From NCBI GenBank assembly GCA_041669565.1, contig JBAYAV010000001.1:1-56139 (forward strand): DNA of 56,139 nucleotides, given 5' to 3'. Below, in pieces: positions 1 through 9,449 of this stretch (its first letter is position 1; each line of letters starts with the position of its first letter). The position numbers and the translations under genes are program-made. Source of the DNA: Lentisphaeria bacterium. GTDB lineage: Bacteria > Verrucomicrobiota > Lentisphaeria > Oligosphaerales > Oligosphaeraceae. Below the pieces are notes generated by a model that saw only the letters and a list, made by a program, of their open reading frames with translations, had not been told where the DNA came from and did no database searches.

Positions 1-1729
1 CTTCCAATTCTAAATAATAAGCAATCCGATCAAAATCTGTTGATATCTCTGCATGATTATCAATATCATATTTAATATTCTCGCTTATTTTGGCAAGATC
101 CAACGAATAGACCAGCTTATAATCTTTCGATTCCGAAACATATATCGTCATCGGATCATGATACGGCACCTTGCCAGCGCGAAAAGAAATCGCCGGCAGG
201 CCTTCTTTATTCATAAAATTCGAATTTGCAGCCTTATTCCAGGCAAAACGCACGGCAACAGGATGGGCAACTTCAGGAGAAGATAACAAAATGCTATCGC
301 CATCAATAACGGCAGTCGCCTTCACAAAACCGCCTTCTTCACCAATAATCTCAAACCATGTAAGCGGCTTCTTATCACGACTGTCAAGACCGCTGCCGAT
401 ATGACTGAACTGAATCCGTAATTGATTTCCTTCGATACTCATTGACTGGAACATCGGCCCCGAATAAACAATTTCTTTTTGGCCGTATGTTTTGGCAAGC
501 GCCCACAATGCCAAACGACGACCGACTTCTTGTTTATTTGTAGGATGGATATTCGTATAGTTGCCAATATCCGTTGTTACAATCATGCCGGTATCCGGAA
601 TACTTAAACAGGCTGTTTGTGCTTCCCACATTTCAGGAACGGCCTCTGTGGTTTCATTTCCATAATGATAAGGGGCTATTTGCACATAATAAAAAGGCAG
701 CGATTCTTGTTCCCAAATTTTACGCCAGCCATTCACAAGGGCTTTTGTTTTTTCATAATACATCATCGCATCCCTGCGATTGGATTCCCCCTGATACCAG
801 ATCGCACCACGAATTGCAAATGGTACAATAGGATAAATCATTCCATTATAGAGGGCACAGGGATCCCCATGTCCGCGAAGCGGATAAAGTTCTTTTGGAA
901 AGGTTGGCGCAGAAGCAAGAACGACCTCTGATTTTATATTCTCATGCGCCTTCTCTACCCAAGCATCCACCGTTTTCATATATGTGGCAATGCGTGCTTT
1001 ATAAGCATCGGATGAGGGATCTGCCAACGACACCATCGTGGAGATACTTTTCAGTTTTGGCGTCATTGCAAAACCTTCAGGGCAAGTCCAGGGCTCAATG
1101 CGTGTGCCCCCCCAGGAAGAATTGATAAGACCAACGGGGACATTCAGCTTTTTATGCAGCATGCGTCCAAAGAAATATGCCGCAGCCGAAAAGCCATGCC
1201 ACCCCCCCTCGCTGATATTTTCTGGCGTGCAGACCTTCCAATTCGCATTTACATTTGCCGCAGGTTGGGCAACCGCGAGCCTGGGAATTTGAAAAAGACG
1301 AATCTGCGGATAGTTTGCCGCCGCAATTTCCGCAGTTGCATTATCCGACATTCCGATACCAAATTCCATATTCGATTGTCCAGAACAAAGCCAGACTTCA
1401 CCGATCAGAATATCCGTAAAAACGAGCTTATTTTGTCCCTCAATTATCATTTGCAAGGGTGAATTGCTTGTCTTCATAGCGGGCATTTTTACATTCCAGC
1501 TACCATTTGCATCCGCAGTTACATCCTTTTTGTTATCGCCAAGCGAAACGGAGACCTTTTCCCCAGGAGAGGCCTGCCCCCAAACGGGCAAAGGAACATT
1601 ACGCTGCATCACCATATGAGAATTAAAAACATTTGGAACACTTACATTTGCCAGCACATTTACGGAAAACACTAAAAATGCAGCCAGACCGAAGGCTTGC
1701 ATTACGATTTTGGACATTGATTTCATCAT
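1..1729 (-). CDS. sialate O-acetylesterase-like carbohydrate esterase (SASA/DUF303 type); N-terminus complete, C-terminus runs off the window start
   Basis: Absent from the ORF track because it is open at the window edge. Hand translation of the minus strand from ATG at 1729 gives MMKSMSKIVMQAFGLAAFLVFSVNVLA (signal peptide), then GEVWLCSGQSNMEFG, NSSWGGTRIEPW and AIWYQGESN. The codons I checked individually (about 1729 to 1321) and my read-through to position 2 show no stop. The GQSNM and WYQGE blocks are typical of this esterase family. Confidence 0.8.
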   Translation of the reverse strand, partial: MMKSMSKIVMQAFGLAAFLVFSVNVLANVSVPNVFNSHMVMQRNVPLPVWGQASPGEKVSVSLGDNKKDVTADANGSWNVKMPAMKTSNSPLQMIIEGQNKLVFTDILIGEVWLCSGQSNMEFGIGMSDNATAEIAAANYPQIRLFQIPRLAVAQPAANVNANWKVCTPENISEGGWHGFSAAAYFFGRMLHKKLNVPVGLINSSWGGTRIEPWTCPEGFAMTPKLKSISTMVSLADPSSDAYKARIATYMKTVDAWVEKAHENIKSEVVLASAPTFPKELYPLRGHGDPCALYNGMIYPIVPFAIRGAIWYQGESNRRDAMMYYEKTKALVNGWRKIWEQESLPFYYVQIAPYHYGNETTEAVPEMWEAQTACLSIPDTGMIVTTDIGNYTNIHPTNKQEVGRRLALWALAKTYGQKEIVYSGPMFQSMSIEGNQLRIQFSHIGSGLDSRDKKPLTWFEIIGEEGGFVKATAVIDGDSILLSSPEVAHPVAVRFAWNKAANSNFMNKEGLPAISFRAGKVPYHDPMTIYVSESKDYKLVYSLDLAKISENIKYDIDNHAEISTDFDRIAYYLELE

Positions 1730-1792
1730 TATTCCTTTGGTTTACTTTATTCATTAATACAAAAACGAGAAAATTTTATATTTATATTCTTT

Positions 1793-2569
1793 TTAACGCT
1801 TCTGAAGGCTCTTTGATTGGCGATTGCTTTTTTTCTGGGAGAACATCCAGTCAAATAATTCAGGGGAATACGCATAATCCCACGCATTATGGAACACCTC
1901 TGGATATTCTGTATACTTTGGCGTTCCGCCCGCCTTTTTCAGGGCGATGATCATATTTCGGGAACGTTCTACATGCACGCAAGGATCGCAAGCACCGTGA
2001 AAAGCCCAAACCGGAATAGAAACGATTTTAGCGGCCTGATTTTCATCCGCACCCCCACAAATGGGCACCGCGGCTGCAAATAAGTCCGGCCGGCGACAAA
2101 TAATATCCCAGCAGCCGAACCCGCCCATCGACTGTCCGCAGACATAGATCCTCGTTAAATCAACCGGATTAATTCTTATGATTTCTTCGATAGCCCCCAA
2201 AACCAGTCTCATTTGGACACTCGGTTTTACCGACATTGTATGAGAGCGGAAAGTCCATTTTGTATTCACCCATTTTTTCTCTGTGGGGCTTTGCGGCGCG
2301 AACACAAAACAGGGATGTTTTTTTACATTTTCAGGACTGGTGATCTTTTGTGCCACCTCAAGTTGATGAATATTATCCTTTCCCCAACTGCCAGCACCAT
2401 GCAAATAAACAACAAGGGGATATTTTTCATTCTCTTTTCCCGTTAAAGGACGAAAAAAACGATACCGTAGTTTTTGGTTGTTTTGATCCCGATAGCAAAA
2501 AGAATGGTAACCATTCACAACCTCATCTGAAAAATTTTCTTTTATTTCCACATTTCTTTTCGGACTCAT
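1793..2569 (-). CDS. alpha/beta-hydrolase esterase (phospholipase/carboxylesterase or prolyl-oligopeptidase-fold serine hydrolase)
   Basis: 258-aa ORF. It has an oxyanion-type LVVYLHGAGSWG, the nucleophile elbow GQSMGG (GxSxG), and later HGACD and FHNAW as candidate Asp and His of the triad. Confidence 0.7.
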   Translation of the reverse strand: MSPKRNVEIKENFSDEVVNGYHSFCYRDQNNQKLRYRFFRPLTGKENEKYPLVVYLHGAGSWGKDNIHQLEVAQKITSPENVKKHPCFVFAPQSPTEKKWVNTKWTFRSHTMSVKPSVQMRLVLGAIEEIIRINPVDLTRIYVCGQSMGGFGCWDIICRRPDLFAAAVPICGGADENQAAKIVSIPVWAFHGACDPCVHVERSRNMIIALKKAGGTPKYTEYPEVFHNAWDYAYSPELFDWMFSQKKSNRQSKSLQKR

Positions 2570-2616
2570 TTTAAAAACTTCTTTTCTTTTTAACGAATAT
2601 TATAGAACAAAAAAAA

Positions 2617-5600
2617 CTACTTTATTTTTCGACAGCCAACTCCAGAAATGGTACTCACTCCGGTATTTCCCTTTGGGCAAACTTCCAATCGCACCCCGAT
2701 ACTCTCTTTTAGCGCTTCCATATGAGAAATTAACCCAATCTGCCGACCGCCCTGATTAAGTTTACAAAGCATCTGCAAGGTATCTTCCAATATTTTTCCA
2801 TCCAGGGTACCAAATCCCTCATCTAAAAACAACGACATTATTTTTAGACTTCCCCGATTCATCGCAGACAGCCCCAAAGCCAATGCTAAGCTTACAACAA
2901 AGCTCTCCCCACCGGAAATATTAGCAACATCGCGTTCCAAGTCATTCTGCCAATGATCAATCACCCGCAATTCAAGCGTCTGCTGTCCACTACTATTCAG
3001 TGCCTGCGAACGCACCAAAACATATCGTTCCATCATATTGGCAAGTTGAATATTAGCGGACTCCAGGACATAATCGAGTGTAATGCCCTGCACGATTCGG
3101 CGAAATTTATCCCCCTTGGCACTCCCGATCATAAAATTCAGCTGTTCCCATTCATCATAGATTTTTTTACTAGACGATCGTTTTTTCTGCAGGGCGTCAA
3201 TCTCTTTTTTGTTTTTTTCTATTTGGACAAAGACTTCCTTTAGTCGGCCCAATTCCTGCTGACTTTCATTCTGGGCTTTCGTCCATTGTTCACATTGCAG
3301 GGTGACAGTCTCCTTCGGCATGTTTTGCATTTCTTCCAAAAATTTCTGAAAAGCATCCTGATGCAGTCGTTGTTTTTCTTTCCACAGCCTCTTCTGTTCC
3401 ATAAACTCACGGCATTTCTTTTGCAGATTTTCCAGTGATATAGAATCCAACAAGTAGGAATGCCAGTTTGCCTCATCGGCAAAGCCTTTCTCGGTCAATG
3501 CGGCCGTAAATTCCTTTTCTTGCGCCGCGAGCAATTTGCTATTTTCCGCCAGCGCTGCGCTATTCTGTCTTTGAGACTCGTCCAATCGACTCCATTGCTC
3601 CTGAAGTTGCTGCAGCCTATTCTGTGCATTTTTCAACTTATTTTGCAATTTTTCTTCCCGATTCAAGCATTCCTTTTCTTCCACATCCGGATTACGTTCG
3701 CCGAAAAGTTCACAACGCGCTACCGAAAATTGCTCCAATTCCTGTTTTTTCTGCAAACAAATCTGCTGTTGTTCTTCCCATTCTTTTTGCAGTTTTGGGA
3801 CACTCTTCAGCGCAAAAGCAATTTTTCCCTCCAAAGGTCCCCGCCTTGACAGCAAATCCAGCCGTTCCTTCTCCTTCTGCTGCCATTCTTTTTGACGATG
3901 AGTCAACTTTATTAACAAATCATCGAATGCTTCTATGGACAAATCGCCCACGGAAGCAAAATATTTTTCAATAGCATGCCAGCATTTATCTTGAGACTCA
4001 GCGCATTGTTTCTGAATTTCCAGCATTGATTTTTCCGCTTGGTTTTTCTGCGTTACGGCCGCATCAAATGCGCTTTTTTCTCTTTCTAAAACAAGTCTTT
4101 CCGCAGCCTCTGCTTTGTCCGCTTCCGCCGTTTCCTTTTCGGCATTCTGCAAGTTTTTCTGCAATAATTCGATTTTTTTAATTGTCGATTCAAGACGATC
4201 AATTTTTTGATTTTGGGTAATAAGCAATCCGTCTATATCGGACAGCAACACGTCATTAGACAAACTCAATTCGGCCGCAATATGGATCCAATCGTTCTGT
4301 AAAATTCGGGCATCCTCTTTCCATTCTGCAAGTTCTTTCTTCTGAAAATCAGTCCTCGTTCTATTCATTGCGGCATCGGATTTCAAATTGCTTTTTGTTA
4401 TCTGTAAAACATCGAGCTCTTTTTTTAATTTTGCGATCTGCATTGCCTCATCGGTCAAAGTCGGGATATTTCCCAGCGCATATGGATGGTTCGTCGAACC
4501 GCAAACCGGGCATGGCTTATCATCCGACAATTCCTCTCGCATTTTTTTCACATCCGCCACTTTATGCACAAACGAAAGGATCTCTTCCAAATGCTGCAGG
4601 CGCTGTTTTTTTTGCTGTTCTTCTGTTTCCAGACTCTTTATTTGCGACGGTATCTTTTCCAATTTTTGCAGCAGTGCTTTGTTTTCAACTTCTTTTATTC
4701 CTTGCTTCTTTTGAAGATCTTCCCATTTTACCCGACGATCCTTCCATTGTTCCAGCAGTTTCAGGTGCTGCTGAGCAGTATCCTTTTCTTGTCGAAAGTC
4801 TTTTGGCTGCTTTCCATTTAGGACGCGCTCGTTATCCTGCAGCAATTTTTGTTTTGTCTGTGAAGCCGTGACACTTTTCAATTCAAGTTGTTTCAATTTT
4901 GCATTATTCTTCTCTAGTTCGGCCTTCTGCAAAGCAACTCTTTTCAACAATGCATTAAAATCCTTCTTCGGCTTTTGTTTTCCTTTTTCCTGATCTTTCC
5001 ACTGCTTTGCCAACAGTTCAATTTTATTAAAATCTCCCTGGAGTGCCTCGTCGCCGGCATGCTCTTTTTGCCAACGCATACTCCTTTCCAACCAGTCCGT
5101 ATTTTTTTTCAATTCTGCATTCATCGAAGCCAGATCAACCAAAGCGTCCTTTTTATTTTGTTCTTTCTGCTTCCACTGATTTTGGGTCTCCTCCCAGCTC
5201 TTTTTTGCGGACTTTATCTGCGCATCCATCGCACGGACCCGAATCAGAATTGGATACAAGCACTTTTTTTCTTCCACAGCCTTCTGCACCCCGGCTTGCA
5301 GCACTTGCGCGGTGCCCTCGCTTACCGTCTTTTCCTTCTTACACAACTCTAAATCCGTCGCGATTTTTTGGCGATCCAAATCGCGTAACTGCTCATTTTT
5401 TCGATAAATACTCAGCGTTGTAAAATACTTCTGTTGTATTTCCTGCGCCGACTGTGCTAAAACAAGCTTTTCCTGTGCGGGTTTTAATTCAATCTCACAC
5501 GCGTCCAACTGCTTTTGTCTCGACTGCAAATCCGACTCTTCTAAATGCCAATTTTGCAACGCCTGAAACTCTATTAACCGCCGAGACGCCTCTTTTGTTT

Positions 5601-6306
5601 TTTCCCTGCAATCCGCCTGCGACTTCTGCAATTCTTCCACAGACTGATCCTCATTCACTCCTTCCAGCTTCGACTTCAGTAACAATTCATATCGGTCTTG
5701 TTCTTCCTTATATTTTCTCGTGATTTCAAAAACTTTCGTTGAAATTTCCGAATAAATTTGGGTGCCGGTAATTTTTTCCAGAAGCTCCGCACGCCCAGAA
5801 TCATCCGCCCGCAAAAAATTCTGAAACTGCCCCTGTGCCAATAAAATCACCTTCGTAAAACGGCCGAAATCAAGCCCTGTTAACTGAATGATCTGTTCTA
5901 GATGATTGCGCTTCTGTGACGATAGAATCACAGACTCTGGGGCTAATTCGGCTAATTCGACCTTTTCTGGCTGGACTTTGCCATCGGCTTTTCCACGGGC
6001 GCGGTACTGCCGCCATGAACTCCGATATCGTTTGCCATTTAATGAAAAATCAACAATTGCATAGCATTCACTCGTGCCGCGACTCATCACAAGAGCCTCC
6101 TGGCCATTGCCGAGATTGTTTTTAAGGCGCGGTGTTTCGCCATACAAAGCCAGGCAAATGGCATCCAGCACCGTACTTTTTCCAGATCCTGTCGGACCGC
6201 AAATCACATACATCCCGCCGTCTTGTTTTTCGATTTCTTCAAAATCAATTTCATAAGCGCCGGCCAGAGATGCTAAATTTGCAAAAGTCAGTTTTAATAT
6301 TTTCAT
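2617..6306 (-). CDS. sbcC: exonuclease SbcC (SMC-like ATPase subunit of SbcCD)
   Basis: 1229 aa. N-terminal Walker A GPTGSGKST. A very long K/E/Q-rich coiled coil with a central CxxC zinc hook (PCPVCGS). C-terminal signature ISGGESF and Walker B LFLDEGFGTLD. The start overlaps the sbcD stop in an ATGA-type overlap. Confidence 0.93.
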   Translation of the reverse strand: MKILKLTFANLASLAGAYEIDFEEIEKQDGGMYVICGPTGSGKSTVLDAICLALYGETPRLKNNLGNGQEALVMSRGTSECYAIVDFSLNGKRYRSSWRQYRARGKADGKVQPEKVELAELAPESVILSSQKRNHLEQIIQLTGLDFGRFTKVILLAQGQFQNFLRADDSGRAELLEKITGTQIYSEISTKVFEITRKYKEEQDRYELLLKSKLEGVNEDQSVEELQKSQADCREKTKEASRRLIEFQALQNWHLEESDLQSRQKQLDACEIELKPAQEKLVLAQSAQEIQQKYFTTLSIYRKNEQLRDLDRQKIATDLELCKKEKTVSEGTAQVLQAGVQKAVEEKKCLYPILIRVRAMDAQIKSAKKSWEETQNQWKQKEQNKKDALVDLASMNAELKKNTDWLERSMRWQKEHAGDEALQGDFNKIELLAKQWKDQEKGKQKPKKDFNALLKRVALQKAELEKNNAKLKQLELKSVTASQTKQKLLQDNERVLNGKQPKDFRQEKDTAQQHLKLLEQWKDRRVKWEDLQKKQGIKEVENKALLQKLEKIPSQIKSLETEEQQKKQRLQHLEEILSFVHKVADVKKMREELSDDKPCPVCGSTNHPYALGNIPTLTDEAMQIAKLKKELDVLQITKSNLKSDAAMNRTRTDFQKKELAEWKEDARILQNDWIHIAAELSLSNDVLLSDIDGLLITQNQKIDRLESTIKKIELLQKNLQNAEKETAEADKAEAAERLVLEREKSAFDAAVTQKNQAEKSMLEIQKQCAESQDKCWHAIEKYFASVGDLSIEAFDDLLIKLTHRQKEWQQKEKERLDLLSRRGPLEGKIAFALKSVPKLQKEWEEQQQICLQKKQELEQFSVARCELFGERNPDVEEKECLNREEKLQNKLKNAQNRLQQLQEQWSRLDESQRQNSAALAENSKLLAAQEKEFTAALTEKGFADEANWHSYLLDSISLENLQKKCREFMEQKRLWKEKQRLHQDAFQKFLEEMQNMPKETVTLQCEQWTKAQNESQQELGRLKEVFVQIEKNKKEIDALQKKRSSSKKIYDEWEQLNFMIGSAKGDKFRRIVQGITLDYVLESANIQLANMMERYVLVRSQALNSSGQQTLELRVIDHWQNDLERDVANISGGESFVVSLALALGLSAMNRGSLKIMSLFLDEGFGTLDGKILEDTLQMLCKLNQGGRQIGLISHMEALKESIGVRLEVCPKGNTGVSTISGVGCRKIK

Positions 6307-7595
6307 GCTTTTCCCCGCGCCTCTTTATGAACAGACACATCCTTTACGGCATGTTCAAAGAGCCGCATCAGCATTTCTTGTTCCTCTGGTGTTTTTTTAC
6401 AGGACTGCAAATAATTCTGAAAGACTCTGCGAGGGGACAATTCCTGTAAATTCTGATTATCCGTCAAAATAGAGCGAACCGCAACGCTGCGTTGCTGTGT
6501 ACAATTTATAATTTCGGTTCGAGAGTCTTTTGCGCATTTTCGCAAATTTTCCAGTAGTTTTGAATCGCGTTTTTCATCGGTGCAGATCAAGCTCAGCAGT
6601 ATTTTTTTCTGAGAAGCCACATATTTCGAGACCCCCCTTTTCAGTTCTTCGGCCGATCCCGTCAGTGTTTCCACACATAAAAATTCCGGCACCGGTAGTT
6701 TTTCATAGACAAAATCCGTGTCCGTGCTCTCCAAAATAATAACTGATTTTTTTTGCTGTCGTTCCTGAAAAGAGAGGGGTATTGGTGAGCCTGAATATCG
6801 TACCCGATGATCCTCGGATAACGGCGCCGCGCAATGATAATGCCCCAGCGCGACATATTGCGCCGGCGGAAAGGCACCAACCGGAATTTCTAACAACTTA
6901 CCGGTATAACCGCCATAAGACTCTTCCATTTCAGCATTTTGCTTTGAAAGTCCATGCTGGGCATGAACCGCCAGATGTCCCGTCAGCATAACAGGCAAAG
7001 GGTTCTTCAAGGAGGACTGTTTTTCAGTACAGGCCTGCCAAACTTGCTGATAATAATTTTTAACGCCAGAAAACATTTTTTGTTCAATATCACGCACCGA
7101 ATTTTCGAGATCTTCCTCGGCCACCTTTCGAACATCCCGATCGCGTAAAAAGGGCACCGCTCCCAATAAAGCGCACGGCTTCTGTTTATCATTCTTTAAC
7201 AGATATACACAGTCTGCCGGATCCACGGATGCCGTTCCAATAACATGCACATGTAAAATTTCTAATATCTGTTTCGGCGCATTCAAAAAAGAAACCGAAT
7301 CATGATTCCCTGCCAAAAGAAAAACGTCGCGGCAGCAACTTCTGGCAACATTGCTTAAAAACATATAGTAAAGCTTCTGAGTCTCCAAAGGGACAACCTT
7401 CGAATCAAAAATATCACCTGCGACAACCAAAACATCGACAGCCTTTTCCTGCAATTGCGCAAACAGCCAATCCAAAAATTCCTGCAATTCACCATTGAGG
7501 GAACGATTATAAGGCGACACTCCTAAATGCCAGTCTGCAGTATGCAAAATACGCAGTCCGGCCTTGTTTTCAGCGGTCAATAATTTTTTTTCCAT
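6303..7595 (-). CDS. sbcD: exonuclease SbcD (Mre11-type metallophosphoesterase)
   Basis: 430 aa with phosphoesterase motifs HTADWHLG, VVAGDIFD, LAGNHD and LGHYH. It lies immediately upstream of sbcC and overlaps it. Confidence 0.92.
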   Translation of the reverse strand: MEKKLLTAENKAGLRILHTADWHLGVSPYNRSLNGELQEFLDWLFAQLQEKAVDVLVVAGDIFDSKVVPLETQKLYYMFLSNVARSCCRDVFLLAGNHDSVSFLNAPKQILEILHVHVIGTASVDPADCVYLLKNDKQKPCALLGAVPFLRDRDVRKVAEEDLENSVRDIEQKMFSGVKNYYQQVWQACTEKQSSLKNPLPVMLTGHLAVHAQHGLSKQNAEMEESYGGYTGKLLEIPVGAFPPAQYVALGHYHCAAPLSEDHRVRYSGSPIPLSFQERQQKKSVIILESTDTDFVYEKLPVPEFLCVETLTGSAEELKRGVSKYVASQKKILLSLICTDEKRDSKLLENLRKCAKDSRTEIINCTQQRSVAVRSILTDNQNLQELSPRRVFQNYLQSCKKTPEEQEMLMRLFEHAVKDVSVHKEARGKA

Positions 7596-7607
7596 AAAAC
7601 AGACTTC

Positions 7608-9191
7608 TTATTTCTGTAATTTTCCACAATTAATCGGTAAGGACCAATCATCTTTTTTTCGTTTTTCCGACATCAAATGATAAACATACTGCGGATTATC
7701 CCTGTTAGAAGACATTACTAAAACGCCATTTCGAAACGTTCTATAGCCTGGAATCGTGTACTTATTAATCGGATCATAAGATTTTTTTATAAGATCAAAT
7801 TGATATTTAATTTGATCGTCATTCGAGACTGTTACCGTGATAAAACCATCTTTCACAAGTGTTTGGACTGGACTTTCATTCACAGAAACGCGGTGGTTTT
7901 CCGTCCAGGAAGGCGCGAACAGCTTCAAGACAAGTGGCTTGGTTGTGTGTATTTTAAAGGACGTCTGGCCATTCAGGGGATATTCTGTGAGTTGTTCGAC
8001 GCAAACATCATCCGTTTCAAGTTTTCCATCGTTAAAGAATGGAATAACGATTGTGTCTTTTTGAATCTGGTACAAATTATTATGCAGGAAAGAAAGTCCT
8101 TCGCCGCCGCGCATTGTGCAGCACCAGTATGCCTCCTCCGCGAGAATTTTCAACGGCTCTGTGGAAGCCCCCGAGCAGTTATGGATTTCGAACCCGCCAT
8201 TTTTCTGCTGAGTTGCGCAAATACCATTATAATAAATAAGATGTGCATCTTCCAAATAGTGAATATTTCCAGTTATTTTCCATAGTTGGACTGCAACCAT
8301 AAAAGAATCGATGATCCCACATGGTTCGGTATGGGTCGGCTTTCCGAACCAGTTGTAATTTTCATAATTTTCAGTCATTCCCTCGGACCGATAAAGAGCA
8401 TATTTATCAACGACTATTTTTAGCAATTGTTCCGAAGGTTTTATTTTATACCAGCGTAAAAGTCCGCGCAAAGTTGTCAGCGTCGCATGCGTTTGTGCAT
8501 GGATTGCCAGCGTATCTATTTGCGGGTACAAATTCACCATGGACTCGATTATTGGAATCATTTCTTCTCGTTCCGTTATGGCATAAGCCTGAACCAGCCC
8601 ATCGAGAAGGATATAAACACAGCCAATGTCTGTAGAGAGTTTCCAGCCATTCACAACATCGTCGCATCCCGCCCCGATAAACCCGCCAGTTTTATCGTTA
8701 CGGTCATCCGGATTTTTAGGATAGGACGCCATTTTATTGGCCAGCGGCATAATTAAAGAATCTAGGATACGATGAATCATTACCAGGCAGTCTTCCTTTT
8801 TTTCCCACAAATAATATTCGCACAATGCGCGGAGTACCCAGCCATGGCTTGCAAGGACTTGTTCATCAATAACATCATCCTTTTTTACAATACCGAAATA
8901 GCCTTTTTCATTCATTTGTACGGGAAATTGTGCGATTATTTGTTTCAAATTATCGGGTTCTTTGCCAACGCATTGTGCCAGCAGAGTCAAGGCAAGCACA
9001 ACGCGGCCCTCAAAATCTCCAGGCCAGCTATAATCATCCGGAAACGTTTTAAAAATATGGTCTGTCGTATAATAATCTTTTTGGAGGCGTTCAAGCAAGC
9101 GCTCAATTCTGAGACCTAATTCTCCCGCCGAGAATATATCACAAGTCATTCTTTTTTCTGGATCCTTTTTATACTGCATCACCATGATCAA
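7608..9191 (-). CDS. GH127/DUF1680-like (alpha/alpha)6-barrel protein, putative glycoside hydrolase
   Basis: 527 aa. It contains HTEPCG and YWCCTMRGG about 70 residues apart. This resembles the E-x-C plus CC zinc/catalytic cysteine arrangement of beta-L-arabinofuranosidase-type GH127 proteins. The match is distant and the start codon is uncertain (three Met in the first five codons). Confidence 0.4.
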   Translation of the reverse strand: MIMVMQYKKDPEKRMTCDIFSAGELGLRIERLLERLQKDYYTTDHIFKTFPDDYSWPGDFEGRVVLALTLLAQCVGKEPDNLKQIIAQFPVQMNEKGYFGIVKKDDVIDEQVLASHGWVLRALCEYYLWEKKEDCLVMIHRILDSLIMPLANKMASYPKNPDDRNDKTGGFIGAGCDDVVNGWKLSTDIGCVYILLDGLVQAYAITEREEMIPIIESMVNLYPQIDTLAIHAQTHATLTTLRGLLRWYKIKPSEQLLKIVVDKYALYRSEGMTENYENYNWFGKPTHTEPCGIIDSFMVAVQLWKITGNIHYLEDAHLIYYNGICATQQKNGGFEIHNCSGASTEPLKILAEEAYWCCTMRGGEGLSFLHNNLYQIQKDTIVIPFFNDGKLETDDVCVEQLTEYPLNGQTSFKIHTTKPLVLKLFAPSWTENHRVSVNESPVQTLVKDGFITVTVSNDDQIKYQFDLIKKSYDPINKYTIPGYRTFRNGVLVMSSNRDNPQYVYHLMSEKRKKDDWSLPINCGKLQK

Positions 9192-9360
9192 TATCCCTTG
9201 CTAATTTTTTAGAAAAAATATATTTATTGTTTGTATCTGTGAATTATAAAAAAAGTTACAAATCATCATTTCAACAACACCGAAAGTCTCAAAAAAATAA
9301 TTATAAAAAAATTCCGTGTTTTCTTTTTATTCATACGCTCCGAAACACATCAACAGAAGA

Positions 9361-9400
9361 GACTGTAAAAAAACAATGCAAGCATTCTTTTTTTACAGTC
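9361..9400. terminator. near-perfect 40-nt AT-rich palindrome, probable (bidirectional) terminator downstream of hcp
   Basis: GACTGTAAAAAAAC-AATGC-AA-GCATT-CTTTTTTTACAGTC. The 13-nt outer arms are perfectly complementary and the inner arms are 5 nt. It lies 50-90 nt past the hcp stop codon. Confidence 0.5.
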
Positions 9401-9449
9401 CCAACATACAATATTTATACGCTCACAATTTCAGATTGTATAAATGGAC

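Noticed and set aside
3460-5723. Many 90-170-aa ORFs on the plus strand (for example 4368-4871, 5043-5423).
   Set aside because: They lie antisense to the K/E/Q-rich coiled coil of sbcC. Their F/L/S/P-rich low-complexity translations are what a reverse-complemented AAG/GAA/CAG-rich sequence yields.
2617-7595. SbcC/SbcD pair considered as a possible SMC-like defence module (Lamassu/Wadjet/OLD/Gabija-like).
   Set aside because: The gene order (sbcD then sbcC, overlapping), the sizes, the Mre11-type phosphoesterase motifs and the Rad50-type CxxC zinc hook are all canonical for housekeeping SbcCD. No accessory effector genes are adjacent.
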